Source: Malacoraja senta
Taxonomy: Eukaryota
Length of the DNA: 64,000 nucleotides
Assembly (NCBI GenBank): GCA_038087875.1
Contig: JAXLNO010000094.1
Location: 1-64,000, forward strand
Direction: 5' to 3'
The first letter of the stretch is position 1, and the number at the start of each line of letters is the position of its first letter. The notes below the pieces were generated by a model, which did no database searches, had not been told where the DNA came from, and saw only the letters and a program-made list of their open reading frames with translations. Both the position numbers and the translations under genes were made by a program. Below are positions 40,501 through 52,793 of this stretch, piece by piece.

Positions 40501-43500
40501 TTTGGGTTGAAGTTAAATGCACTGCAAATGGTTGTTTGGGGTGGTTTTGGGTTGAAGTAAAAATGCACTGCAAATGGTTGTTTGGGGGGGGGTTTGGGTT
40601 GAAGTTAAATGCACTGCAAATGGTTGTTTGGGGTGGTTTTGGGTTGAAGTAAAAATGCACTGCAAATGGTTGTTTGGGGGGTGTTTGGGTTGAAGTTAAA
40701 TGCACTGCAAATGATTGTTTGGGGGGTTATTGGGTTGAAGTAAAAATGCACTGCAAAGGGTAGTTTGGGGGGTTTTGGGTTGAAGTGAAAAGGCACTGCA
40801 AATGGTTGTTTGGGGGGGTTTTGGTTTGAAGTAAAAATGCACTACAAATGGTTGTTTGGGTTGAAGTAAAAATGCACTTCAAATGGTTCTTTGGGCGGTT
40901 ATTGGGTTGAATTAAAATGCATTGCAAATGATTTTTAGGGGGTTATTGGGTTGAAGTAAAAATGCTCTGCAAAGGGTAGTTTGGTGTTTTTTTGGGTTGA
41001 AGTGAAAAGGCACTTGAAATGGTTATTTGGGGACGGTTTGGGTTGACGTGAAAAGGCACTGCAAAGTGTTGTTTGCGGGGTGTTTGGGTTGAAGTAAAAA
41101 TGCACTGCAAACGGTTGTTTCGGTTGAAGTAAAAATGCACTGCAAAATTTTGATTTGGTTGAAGTAAAAATGCACTGCAAATGGGTGTTTGGGGGGTTGT
41201 GGGTTGAAGTAAAAATGCACTGTAAATGGTCGTTTGGGGGGTTTTGGGTTGAAGTCAAAATGCACTGCAAATGGTTGTTTGGGGTGGTTTTGGGTTGAAG
41301 TAAAAATGCACTGCAAATGGTTGTTTGGGGGGGGGGTTTGGGTTGAAGTTAAATGCACTGCAAATGGTTGTTTGGGGTGGTTTTGGGTTGAAGTAAAAAT
41401 GGACTGCAAATGGTTGTTTGGGGGGGGTTTGGGTTGAAGTTAAATGCACTGCAAATGATTGTTTGGGGGGTTATTGGGTTGAAGTAAAAATGCACTGCAA
41501 AGGGTAGTTTGGGGGGTTTTGGGTTGAAGTGAAAAGGCACTGCAAATGGTTGTTTGGGGGGGTTTTGGTTTGAAGTAAAAATGCACTACAAATGGTTGTT
41601 TGGGTTGAAGTAAAAATGCACTTCAAATGGTTCTTTGGGCGGTTATTGGGTTGAATTAAAATGCATTGCAAATGATTTTTAGGGGGTTATTGGGTTGAAG
41701 TAAAAATGCTCTGCAAAGGGTAGTTTGGTGTTTTTTTGGGTTGAAGTGAAAAGGCACTTGAAATGGTTATTTGGGGACGGTATGGGTTGACGTGAAAAGG
41801 CACTGCAAAGTGTTGTTTGGGGGGTGTTTGGGTTGAAGTAAAAATGCACTGCAAACGGTTGTTTCGGTTGAAGTAAAAATGCACTGCAAAATTTTGATTT
41901 GGTTGAAGTAAAAATGCACTGCAAAGGGTAGTTTGGGGGGTTTTGGGTTGAAGTGAAAAGGCACTGCAAATGGTTGTTTGGGGGGTTTTGGTTTGAAGTA
42001 AAAATGCACTGCAAATGGTTGTTTGGGTTGAAGTAAAAATGCACTTCAAATGGTTCTTTGGGCGGTTATTGGGTTGAATTAAAATGCATTGCAAATGATT
42101 TTTAGGGGGTTATTGGGTTGAAGTAAAAATGCTCTGCAAAGGGTAGTTTGGTGTTTTTTTGGGTTGAAGTGAAAAGGCACTTGAAATGGTTATTTGGGGA
42201 CGGTATGGGTTGACGTGAAAAGGCACTGCAAAGTGTTGTTTGGGGGGTGTTTGGGTTGAAGTAAAAATGCACTGCAAACGGTTGTTTCGGTTGAAGTAAA
42301 AATGCACTGCAAAATTTTGATTTGGTTGAAGTAAAAATGCACTGCAAAGGGTAGTTTGGGGGGTTTTGGGTTGAAGTGAAAAGGCACTGCAAATGGTTGT
42401 TTGGGGGGGTTTTGGTTTGAAGTAAAAATGCACTACAAATGGTTGTTTGGGTTGAAGTAAAAATGCACTTCAAATGGTTCTTTGGGCGGTTATTGGGTTG
42501 AATTAAAATGCATTGCAAATGATTTTTAGGGGGTTATTGGGTTGAAGTAAAAATGCTCTGCAAAGGGTAGTTTGGTGTTTTTTTGGGTTGAAGTGAAAAG
42601 GCACTTGAAATGGTTATTTGGGGACGGTATGGGTTGACGTGAAAAGGCACTGCAAAGTGTTGTTTGGGGGTGTTTGGGTTGAAGTAAAAATGCACTGCAA
42701 ACGGTTGTTTCGGTTGAAGTAAAAATGCACTGCAAAATTTTGATTTGGTTGAAGTAAAAATGCACTGCAAATGGGTAGTTTGGGGGGTTTTGGGTTGAAG
42801 TGAAAAGGCACTGCAAATGGTTGTTTGGGGGGTTTTGGTTTGAAGTAAAAATGCACTACAAATGGTTGTTTGGGTTGAAGTAAAAATGCACTTCAAATGG
42901 TTCTTTGGGCGGTTATTGGGTTGAATTAAAATGCATTGCAAATGATTTTTAGGGGGTTATTGGGTTGAAGTAAAAATGCTCTGCAAAGGGTAGTTTGGTG
43001 TTTTTTTGGGTTGAAGTGAAAAGGCACTTGAAATGGTTATTTGGGGACGGTTTGGGTTGACGTGAAAAGGCACTGCAAAGTGTTGTTTGGGGGGTGTTTG
43101 GGTTGAAGTAAAAATGCACTGCAAACGGTTGTTTCGGTTGAAGTAAAAATGCACTGCAACATTTTGATTTGGTTGAAGTAAAAATGCACTGCAAATGGGT
43201 GTTTGGGGGGTTGTGGGTTGAAGTAAAAAGGCACTGCAAATGGTTGTTTGGGGGGGTTTTGGTTTGAAGTAAAAATGCACTGCAAATGGTTGTTTGGGTT
43301 GAAGTAAAAATGCACTTCAAATGGTTCTTTGGGCGGTTATTGGGTTGAATTAAAATGCATTGCAAATGATTTTTAGGGGGTTATTGGGTTGAAGTAAAAA
43401 TGCTCTGCAAAGGGTAGTTTGGTGTTTTTTTGGGTTGAAGTGAAAAGGCACTTGAAATGGTTATTTGGGGACGGTATGGGTTGACGTGAAAAGGCACTGC

Positions 43501-46500
43501 AAAGTGTTGTTTGGGGGGTGTTTGGGTTGAAGTAAAAATGCACTGCAAACGGTTGTTTCGGTTGAAGTAAAAATGCACTGCAAAATTTTGATTTGGTTGA
43601 AGTAAAAATGCACTGCAAAGGGTAGTTTGGGGGGTTTTGGGTTGAAGTGAAAAGGCACTGCAAATGGTTGTTTGGGGGGGTTTTGGTTTGAAGTAAAAAT
43701 GCACTACAAATGGTTGTTTGGGTTGAAGTAAAAATGCACTTCAAATGGTTCTTTGGGCGGTTATTGGGTTGAATTAAAATGCATTGCAAATGATTTTTAT
43801 GGGGTTATTGGGTTGAAGTAAAAATGCTCTGCAAAGGGTAGTTTGGTGTTTTTTTGGGTTGAAGTGAAAAGGCACTTGAAATGGTTATTTGGGGACGGTA
43901 TGGGTTGACGTGAAAAGGCACTGCAAAGTGTTGTTTGGGGGGTGTTTGGGTTGAAGTAAAAATGCACTGCAAACGGTTGTTTCGGTTGAAGTAAAAATGC
44001 ACTGCAAAATTTTGATTTGGTTGAAGTAAAAATGCACTGCAAAGGGTAGTTTGGGGGGTTTTGGGTTGAAGTGAAAAGGCACTGCAAATGGTTGTTTGGG
44101 GGGGTTTTGGTTTGAAGTAAAAATGCACTACAAATGGTTGTTTGGGTTGAAGTAAAAATGCACTTCAAATGGTTCTTTGGGCGGTTATTGGGTTGAATTA
44201 AAATGCATTGCAAATGATTTTTAGGGGGTTATTGGGTTGAAGTAAAAATGCTCTGCAAAGGGTAGTTTGGTGTTTTTTTGGGTTGAAGTGAAAAGGCACT
44301 TGAAATGGTTATTTGGGGACGGTATGGGTTGACGTGAAAAGGCACTGCAAAGTGTTGTTTGGGGGGTGTTTGGGTTGAAGTAAAAATGCACTGCAAACGG
44401 TTGTTTCGGTTGAAGTAAAAATGCACTGCAAAATTTTGATTTGGTTGAAGTAAAAATGCACTGCAAAGGGTAGTTTGGGGGGTTTTGGGTTGAAGTGAAA
44501 AGGCACTGCAAATGGTTGTTTGGGGGGGTTTTGGTTTGAAGTAAAAATGCACTACAAATGGTTGTTTGGGTTGAAGTAAAAATGCACTTCAAATGGTTCT
44601 TTGGGCGGTTATTGGGTTGAATTAAAATGCATTGCAAATGATTTTTAGGGGGTTATTGGGTTGAAGTAAAAATGCTCTGCAAAGGGTAGTTTGGTGTTTT
44701 TTTGGGTTGAAGTGAAAAGGCACTTGAAATGGTTATTTGGGGACGGTATGGGTTGACGTGAAAAGGCACTGCAAAGTGTTGTTTGGGGGGTGTTTGGGTT
44801 GAAGTAAAAATGCACTGCAAACGGTTGTTTCGGTTGAAGTAAAAATGCACTGCAAAATTTTGATTTGGTTGAAGTAAAAATGCACTGCAAAGGGTAGTTT
44901 GGGGGGTTTTGGGTTGAAGTGAAAAGGCACTGCAAATGGTTGTTTGGGGGGGTTTTGGTTTGAAGTAAAAATGCACTACAAATGGTTGTTTGGGTTGAAG
45001 TAAAAATGCACTTCAAATGGTTCTTTGGGCGGTTATTGGGTTGAATTAAAATGCATTGCAAATGATTTTTAGGGGGTTATTGGGTTGAAGTAAAAATGCT
45101 CTGCAAAGGGTAGTTTGGTGTTTTTTTGGGTTGAAGTGAAAAGGCACTTGAAATGGTTATTTGGGGACGGTATGGGTTGACGTGAAAAGGCACTGCAAAG
45201 TGTTGTTTGGGGGGTGTTTGGGTTGAAGTAAAAATGCACTGCAAACGGTTGTTTCGGTTGAAGTAAAAATGCACTGCAAAATTTTGATTTGGTTGAAGTA
45301 AAAATGCACTGCAAATGGGTGTTTGGGGGGTTGTGGGTTGAAGTAAAAATGCACTGTAAATGGTCGTTTGGGGGGTTTTGGGTTGAAGTCAAAATGCACT
45401 GCAAATGGTTGTTTGGGGTGGTTTTGGGTTGAAGTAAAAATGCACTGCAAATGGTTGTTTGGGGGGGGGGTTTGGGTTGAAGTTAAATGCACTGCAAATG
45501 GTTGTTTGGGGTGGTTTTGGGTTGAAGTAAAAATGCACTGCAAATGGTTGTTTGGGGGGGGGGTTTGGGTTGAAGTTAAATGCACTGCAAATGGTTGTTT
45601 GGGGTGGTTTTGGGTTGAAGTAAAAATGCACTGCAAATGGTTGTTTGGGGGGTGTTTGGGTTGAAGTTAAATGCACTGCAAATGATTGTTTGGGGGGTTA
45701 TTGGGTTGAAGTAAAAATGCACTGCAAAGGGTAGTTTGTGGGGTTTTGGGTTGAAGTGAAAAGGCACTGCAAATGGTTGTTTGGGGGGGTTTTGGTTTGA
45801 AGTAAAAATGCACTACAAATGGTTGTTTGGGTTGAAGTAAAAATGCACTTCAAATGGTTCTTTGGGCGGTTATTGGGTTGAATTAAAATGCATTGCAAAT
45901 GATTTTTAGGGGGTTATTGGGTTGAAGTAAAAATGCTCTGCAAAGGGTAGTTTGGTGTTTTTTTGGGTTGAAGTGAAAAGGCACTTGAAATGGTTATTTG
46001 GGGACGGTTTGGGTTGACGTGAAAAGGCACTGCAAAGTGTTGTTTGGGGGGTGTTTGGGTTGAAGTAAAAATGCACTGCAAACGGTTGTTTCGGTTGAAG
46101 TAAAAATGCACTGCAAAATTTTGATTTGGTTGAAGTAAAAATGCACTGCAAATGGGTGTTTGGGGAGTTGTGGGTTGAAGTAAAAATGCACTGTAAATGG
46201 TCGTTTGGGAGGTTTTGGGTTGAAGTCAAAATGCACTGCAAATGGTTGTTTGGGGTGGTTTTGGGTTGAAGTAAAAATGCACTGCAAATGGTTGTTTGGG
46301 GGGGGTTTGGGTTGAAGTTAAATGCACTGCAAATGGTTGTTTGGGGTGGTTTTGGGTTGAAGTAAAAATGCACTGCAAATGGTTGTTTGGGGGGGTTTGG
46401 GTTGAAGTTAAATGCACTGCAAATGATTGTTTGGGGGGTTATTGGGTTGAAGTAAAAATGCACTGCAAAGGGTAGTTTGGGGGGTTTTGGGTTGAAGTGA

Positions 46501-49500
46501 AAAGGCACTGCAAATGGTTGTTTGGGGGGGTTTTGGTTTGAAGTAAAAATGCACTACAAATGGTTGTTTGGGTTGAAGTAAAAATGCACTTCAAATGGTT
46601 CTTTGGGCGGTTATTGGGTTGAATTAAAATGCATTGCAAATGATTTTTAGGGGGTTATTGGGTTGAAGTAAAAATGCTCTGCAAAGGGTAGTTTGGTGTT
46701 TTTTTGGGTTGAAGTGAAAAGGCACTTGAAATGGTTATTTGGGGACGGTTTGGGTTGACGTGAAAAGGCACTGCAAAGTGTTGTTTGGGGGGTGTTTGGG
46801 TTGAAGTAAAAATGCACTGCAAACGGTTGTTTCGGTTGAAGTAAAAATGCACTGCAAAATTTTGATTTGGTTGAAGTAAAAATGCACTGCAAATGGGTAG
46901 TTTGGGGGGTTTTGGGTTGAAGTGAAAAGGCACTGCAAATGGTTGTTTGGGGGGTTTTGGTTTGAAGTAAAAATGCACTACAAATGGTTGTTTGGGTTGA
47001 AGTAAAAATGCACTTCAAATGGTTCTTTGGGCGGTTATTGGGTTGAATTAAAATGCATTGCAAATGATTTTTAGGGGGTTATTGGGTTGAAGTAAAAATG
47101 CTCTGCAAAGGGTAGTTTGGTGTTTTTTTGGGTTGAAGTGAAAAGGCACTTGAAATGGTTATTTGGGGACGGTTTGGGTTGACGTGAAAAGGCACTGCAA
47201 AGTGTTGTTTGGGGGGTGTTTGGGTTGAAGTAAAAATGCACTGCAAACGGTTGTTTCGGTTGAAGTAAAAATGCACTGCAAAATTTTGATTTGGTTGAAG
47301 TAAAAATGCACTGCAAATGGGTGTTTGGGGGGTTGTGGGTTGAAGTAAAAATGCACTGTAAATGGTCGTTTGGGGGGTTTTGGGTTGAAGTCAAAATGCA
47401 CTGCAAATGGTTGTTTGGGGTGGTTTTGGGTTGAAGTAAAAATGCACTGCAAATGGTTGTTTGGGGGGGGGTTTGGGTTGAAGTTAAATGCACTGCAAAT
47501 GGTTGTTTGGGGTGGTTTTGGGTTGAAGTAAAAATGCACTGCAAATGGTTGTTTGGGGGGGGGTTTGGGTTGAAGTTAAATGCACTGCAAATGGTTGTTT
47601 GGGGTGGTTTTGGGTTGAAGTAAAAATGCACTGCAAATGGTTGTTTGGGGGGTGTTTGGGTTGAAGTTAAATGCACTGCAAATGATTGTTTGGGGGGTTA
47701 TTGGGTTGAAGTAAAAATGCACTGCAAAGGGTAGTTTGGGGGGTTTTGGGTTGAAGTGAAAAGGCACTGCAAATGGTTGTTTGGGGGGGTTTTGGTTTGA
47801 AGTAAAAATGCACTACAAATGGTTGTTTGGGTTGAAGTAAAAATGCACTTCAAATGGTTCTTTGGGCGGTTATTGGGTTGAATTAAAATGCATTGCAAAT
47901 GATTTTTAGGGGGTTATTGGGTTGAAGTAAAAATGCTCTGCAAAGGGTAGTTTGGTGTTTTTTTGGGTTGAAGTGAAAAGGCACTTGAAATGGTTATTTG
48001 GGGACGGTTTGGGTTGACGTGAAAAGGCACTGCAAAGTGTTGTTTGCGGGGTGTTTGGGTTGAAGTAAAAATGCACTGCAAACGGTTGTTTCGGTTGAAG
48101 TAAAAATGCACTGCAAAATTTTGATTTGGTTGAAGTAAAAATGCACTGCAAATGGGTGTTTGGGGGGTTGTGGGTTGAAGTAAAAATGCACTGTAAATGG
48201 TCGTTTGGGGGGTTTTGGGTTGAAGTCAAAATGCACTGCAAATGGTTGTTTGGGGTGGTTTTGGGTTGAAGTAAAAATGCACTGCAAATGGTTGTTTGGG
48301 GGGGGGTTTGGGTTGAAGTTAAATGCACTGCAAATGGTTGTTTGGGGTGGTTTTGGGTTGAAGTAAAAATGGACTGCAAATGGTTGTTTGGGGGGGGTTT
48401 GGGTTGAAGTTAAATGCACTGCAAATGATTGTTTGGGGGGTTATTGGGTTGAAGTAAAAATGCACTGCAAAGGGTAGTTTGGGGGGTTTTGGGTTGAAGT
48501 GAAAAGGCACTGCAAATGGTTGTTTGGGGGGTTTTGGTTTGAAGTAAAAATGCACTGCAAATGGTTGTTTGGGTTGAAGTAAAAATGCACTTCAAATGGT
48601 TCTTTGGGCGGTTATTGGGTTGAATTAAAATGCATTGCAAATGATTTTTAGGGGGTTATTGGGTTGAAGTAAAAATGCTCTGCAAAGGGTAGTTTGGTGT
48701 TTTTTTGGGTTGAAGTGAAAAGGCACTTGAAATGGTTATTTGGGGACGGTATGGGTTGACGTGAAAAGGCACTGCAAAGTGTTGTTTGGGGGGTGTTTGG
48801 GTTGAAGTAAAAATGCACTGCAAACGGTTGTTTCGGTTGAAGTAAAAATGCACTGCAAAATTTTGATTTGGTTGAAGTAAAAATGCACTGCAAAGGGTAG
48901 TTTGGGGGGTTTTGGGTTGAAGTGAAAAGGCACTGCAAATGGTTGTTTGGGGGGGTTTTGGTTTGAAGTAAAAATGCACTACAAATGGTTGTTTGGGTTG
49001 AAGTAAAAATGCACTTCAAATGGTTCTTTGGGCGGTTATTGGGTTGAATTAAAATGCATTGCAAATGATTTTTATGGGGTTATTGGGTTGAAGTAAAAAT
49101 GCTCTGCAAAGGGTAGTTTGGTGTTTTTTTGGGTTGAAGTGAAAAGGCACTTGAAATGGTTATTTGGGGACGGTATGGGTTGACGTGAAAAGGCACTGCA
49201 AAGTGTTGTTTGGGGGTGTTTGGGTTGAAGTAAAAATGCACTGCAAACGGTTGTTTCGGTTGAAGTAAAAATGCACTGCAAAATTTTGATTTGGTTGAAG
49301 TAAAAATGCACTGCAAATGGGTAGTTTGGGGGGTTTTGGGTTGAAGTGAAAAGGCACTGCAAATGGTTGTTTGGGGGGTTTTGGTTTGAAGTAAAAATGC
49401 ACTACAAATGGTTGTTTGGGTTGAAGTAAAAATGCACTTCAAATGGTTCTTTGGGCGGTTATTGGGTTGAATTAAAATGCATTGCAAATGATTTTTAGGG

Positions 49501-52500
49501 GGTTATTGGGTTGAAGTAAAAATGCTCTGCAAAGGGTAGTTTGGTGTTTTTTTGGGTTGAAGTGAAAAGGCACTTGAAATGGTTATTTGGGGACGGTATG
49601 GGTTGACGTGAAAAGGCACTGCAAAGTGTTGTTTGGGGGGTGTTTGGGTTGAAGTAAAAATGCACTGCAAACGGTTGTTTCGGTTGAAGTAAAAATGCAC
49701 TGCAAAATTTTGATTTGGTTGAAGTAAAAATGCACTGCAAAGGGTAGTTTGGGGGGTTTTGGGTTGAAGTGAAAAGGCACTGCAAATGGTTGTTTGGGGG
49801 GGTTTTGGTTTGAAGTAAAAATGCACTACAAATGGTTGTTTGGGTTGAAGTAAAAATGCACTTCAAATGGTTCTTTGGGCGGTTATTGGGTTGAATTAAA
49901 ATGCATTGCAAATGATTTTTAGGGGGTTATTGGGTTGAAGTAAAAATGCTCTGCAAAGGGTAGTTTGGTGTTTTTTTGGGTTGAAGTGAAAAGGCACTTG
50001 AAATGGTTATTTGGGGACGGTTTGGGTTGACGTGAAAAGGCACTGCAAAGTGTTGTTTGGGGGGTGTTTGGGTTGAAGTAAAAATGCACTGCAAACGGTT
50101 GTTTCGGTTGAAGTAAAAATGCACTGCAAAATTTTGATTTGGTTGAAGTAAAAATGCACTGCAAATGGGTGTTTGGGGGGTTGTGGGTTGAAGTAAAAAG
50201 GCACTGCAAATGGTTGTTTGGGGGGGTTTTGGTTTGAAGTAAAAATGCACTGCAAATGGTTGTTTGGGTTGAAGTAAAAATGCACTTCAAATGGTTCTTT
50301 GGGCGGTTATTGGGTTGAATTAAAATGCATTGCAAATGATTTTTAGGGGGTTATTGGGTTGAAGTAAAAATGCTCTGCAAAGGGTAGTTTGGTGTTTTTT
50401 TGGGTTGAAGTGAAAAGGCACTTGAAATGGTTATTTGGGGACGGTATGGGTTGACGTGAAAAGGCACTGCAAAGTGTTGTTTGGGGGGTGTTTGGGTTGA
50501 AGTAAAAATGCACTGCAAACGGTTGTTTCGGTTGAAGTAAAAATGCACTGCAAAATTTTGATTTGGTTGAAGTAAAAATGCACTGCAAAGGGTAGTTTGG
50601 GGGGGTTTTGGGTTGAAGTGAAAAGGCACTGCAAATGGTTGTTTGGGGGGGTTTTGGTTTGAAGTAAAAATGCACTACAAATGGTTGTTTGGGTTGAAGT
50701 AAAAATGCACTTCAAATGGTTCTTTGGGCGGTTATTGGGTTGAATTAAAATGCATTGCAAATGATTTTTAGGGGGTTATTGGGTTGAAGTAAAAATGCTC
50801 TGCAAAGGGTAGTTTGGTGTTTTTTTGGGTTGAAGTGAAAAGGCACTTGAAATGGTTATTTGGGGACGGTATGGGTTGACGTGAAAAGGCACTGCAAAGT
50901 GTTGTTTGGGGGTGTTTGGGTTGAAGTAAAAATGCACTGCAAACGGTTGTTTCGGTTGAAGTAAAAATGCACTGCAAAATTTTGATTTGGTTGAAGTAAA
51001 AATGCACTGCAAATGGGTAGTTTGGGGGGTTTTGGGTTGAAGTGAAAAGGCACTGCAAATGGTTGTTTGGGGGGTTTTGGTTTGAAGTAAAAATGCACTA
51101 CAAATGGTTGTTTGGGTTGAAGTAAAAATGCACTTCAAATGGTTCTTTGGGCGGTTATTGGGTTGAATTAAAATGCATTGCAAATGATTTTTAGGGGGTT
51201 ATTGGGTTGAAGTAAAAATGCTCTGCAAAGGGTAGTTTGGTGTTTTTTTGGGTTGAAGTGAAAAGGCACTTGAAATGGTTATTTGGGGACGGTTTGGGTT
51301 GACGTGAAAAGGCACTGCAAAGTGTTATTTGGGGGGTGTTTGGGTTGAAGTAAAAATGCACTGCAAACGGTTGTTTCGGTTGAAGTAAAAATGCACTGCA
51401 AAATTTTGATTTGGTTGAAGTAAAAATGCACTGCAAATGGGTGTTTGGGGGGTTGTGGGTTGAAGTAAAAAGGCACTACAAATGGTTGTTTGGGGGGGTT
51501 TTGGTTTGAAGTAAAAATGCACTGCAAATGGTTGTTTGGGTTGAAGTAAAAATGCACTTCAAATGGTTCTTTGGGCGGTTATTGGGTTGAATTAAAATGC
51601 ATTGCAAATGATTTTTAGGGGGTTATTGGGTTGAAGTAAAAATGCTCTGCAAAGGGTAGTTTGGTGTTTTTTTGGGTTGAAGTGAAAAGGCACTTGAAAT
51701 GGTTATTTGGGGACGGTATGGGTTGACGTGAAAAGGCACTGCAAAGTGTTGTTTGGGGGGTGTTTGGGTTGAAGTAAAAATGCACTGCAAACGGTTGTTT
51801 CGGTTGAAGTAAAAATGCACTGCAAAATTTTGATTTGGTTGAAGTAAAAATGCACTGCAAAGGGTAGTTTGGGGGGGTTTTGGGTTGAAGTGAAAAGGCA
51901 CTGCAAATGGTTGTTTGGGGGGGTTTTGGTTTGAAGTAAAAATGCACTACAAATGGTTGTTTGGGTTGAAGTAAAAATGCACTTCAAATGGTTCTTTGGG
52001 CGGTTATTGGGTTGAATTAAAATGCATTGCAAATGATTTTTAGGGGGTTATTGGGTTGAAGTAAAAATGCTCTGCAAAGGGTAGTTTGGTGTTTTTTTGG
52101 GTTGAAGTGAAAAGGCACTTGAAATGGTTATTTGGGGACGGTATGGGTTGACGTGAAAAGGCACTGCAAAGTGTTGTTTGGGGGTGTTTGGGTTGAAGTA
52201 AAAATGCACTGCAAACGGTTGTTTCGGTTGAAGTAAAAATGCACTGCAAAATTTTGATTTGGTTGAAGTAAAAATGCACTGCAAATGGGTAGTTTGGGGG
52301 GTTTTGGGTTGAAGTGAAAAGGCACTGCAAATGGTTGTTTGGGGGGTTTTGGTTTGAAGTAAAAATGCACTACAAATGGTTGTTTGGGTTGAAGTAAAAA
52401 TGCACTTCAAATGGTTCTTTGGGCGGTTATTGGGTTGAATTAAAATGCATTGCAAATGATTTTTAGGGGGTTATTGGGTTGAAGTAAAAATGCTCTGCAA

Positions 52501-52793
52501 AGGGTAGTTTGGTGTTTTTTTGGGTTGAAGTGAAAAGGCACTTGAAATGGTTATTTGGGGACGGTTTGGGTTGACGTGAAAAGGCACTGCAAAGTGTTGT
52601 TTGGGGGGTGTTTGGGTTGAAGTAAAAATGCACTGCAAACGGTTGTTTCGGTTGAAGTAAAAATGCACTGCAAAATTTTGATTTGGTTGAAGTAAAAATG
52701 CACTGCAAATGGGTGTTTGGGGGGTTGTGGGTTGAAGTAAAAATGCACTGCAAATGGTTGTTTGGGGGGGTTTTGAGTTGAAGTAAAAAAAAA
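25516..52793. repeat. HOR domain: 47 complete units plus one partial; ~424 bp (10 monomers), ~742 bp (17) and ~835 bp (19)
   Basis: The marker (GCATTGCAAATG)ATTTTTAGGG..TTATT recurs at 25525, 26267, 27010, 27753, 28495, 28919, 29343 ... 52040, 52463. Spacings fall only in 423-425, 741-744 and 832-839 bp. The 424 unit is 7 long + 3 short monomers. Confidence 0.95.

Larger units (their letters stand above)
1..52793. repeat. Satellite DNA array: 35-bp monomer GGGTTGAAGTAAAAATGCACTGCAAATGGTTGTTT plus ~45-46-bp monomers with an added G/T linker; head-to-tail, one orientation, open at the left edge of the window
   Basis: The core TTGAAGTAAAAATGCACTGCAAA recurs every 35 or ~45 bp throughout. Minus-strand ORFs show a 35-aa period (3 x 35 nt). 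No inversion or non-satellite insertion was seen. Over a thousand monomers, estimated from length. Confidence 0.99.

Noticed and set aside
43557..43575. CENP-B box (TTCGGTTGAAG...) and pJ-alpha-like GTGAAAAGG
   Set aside because: Only the TTCG....A half matches and the essential CGGG is missing. The other similarity is too short to mean anything.
1..52793. CRISPR-like array (palindromic constant core with variable intervening sequence)
   Set aside because: The intervening parts are short G/T variants of one another that recur many times, not unique spacers. There are no cas genes, and the context is vertebrate retroelements.
1..52793. Telomeric or interstitial telomeric repeat
   Set aside because: TTAGGG and TTTGGG occur only as isolated words in the linkers, never as tandem hexamers.
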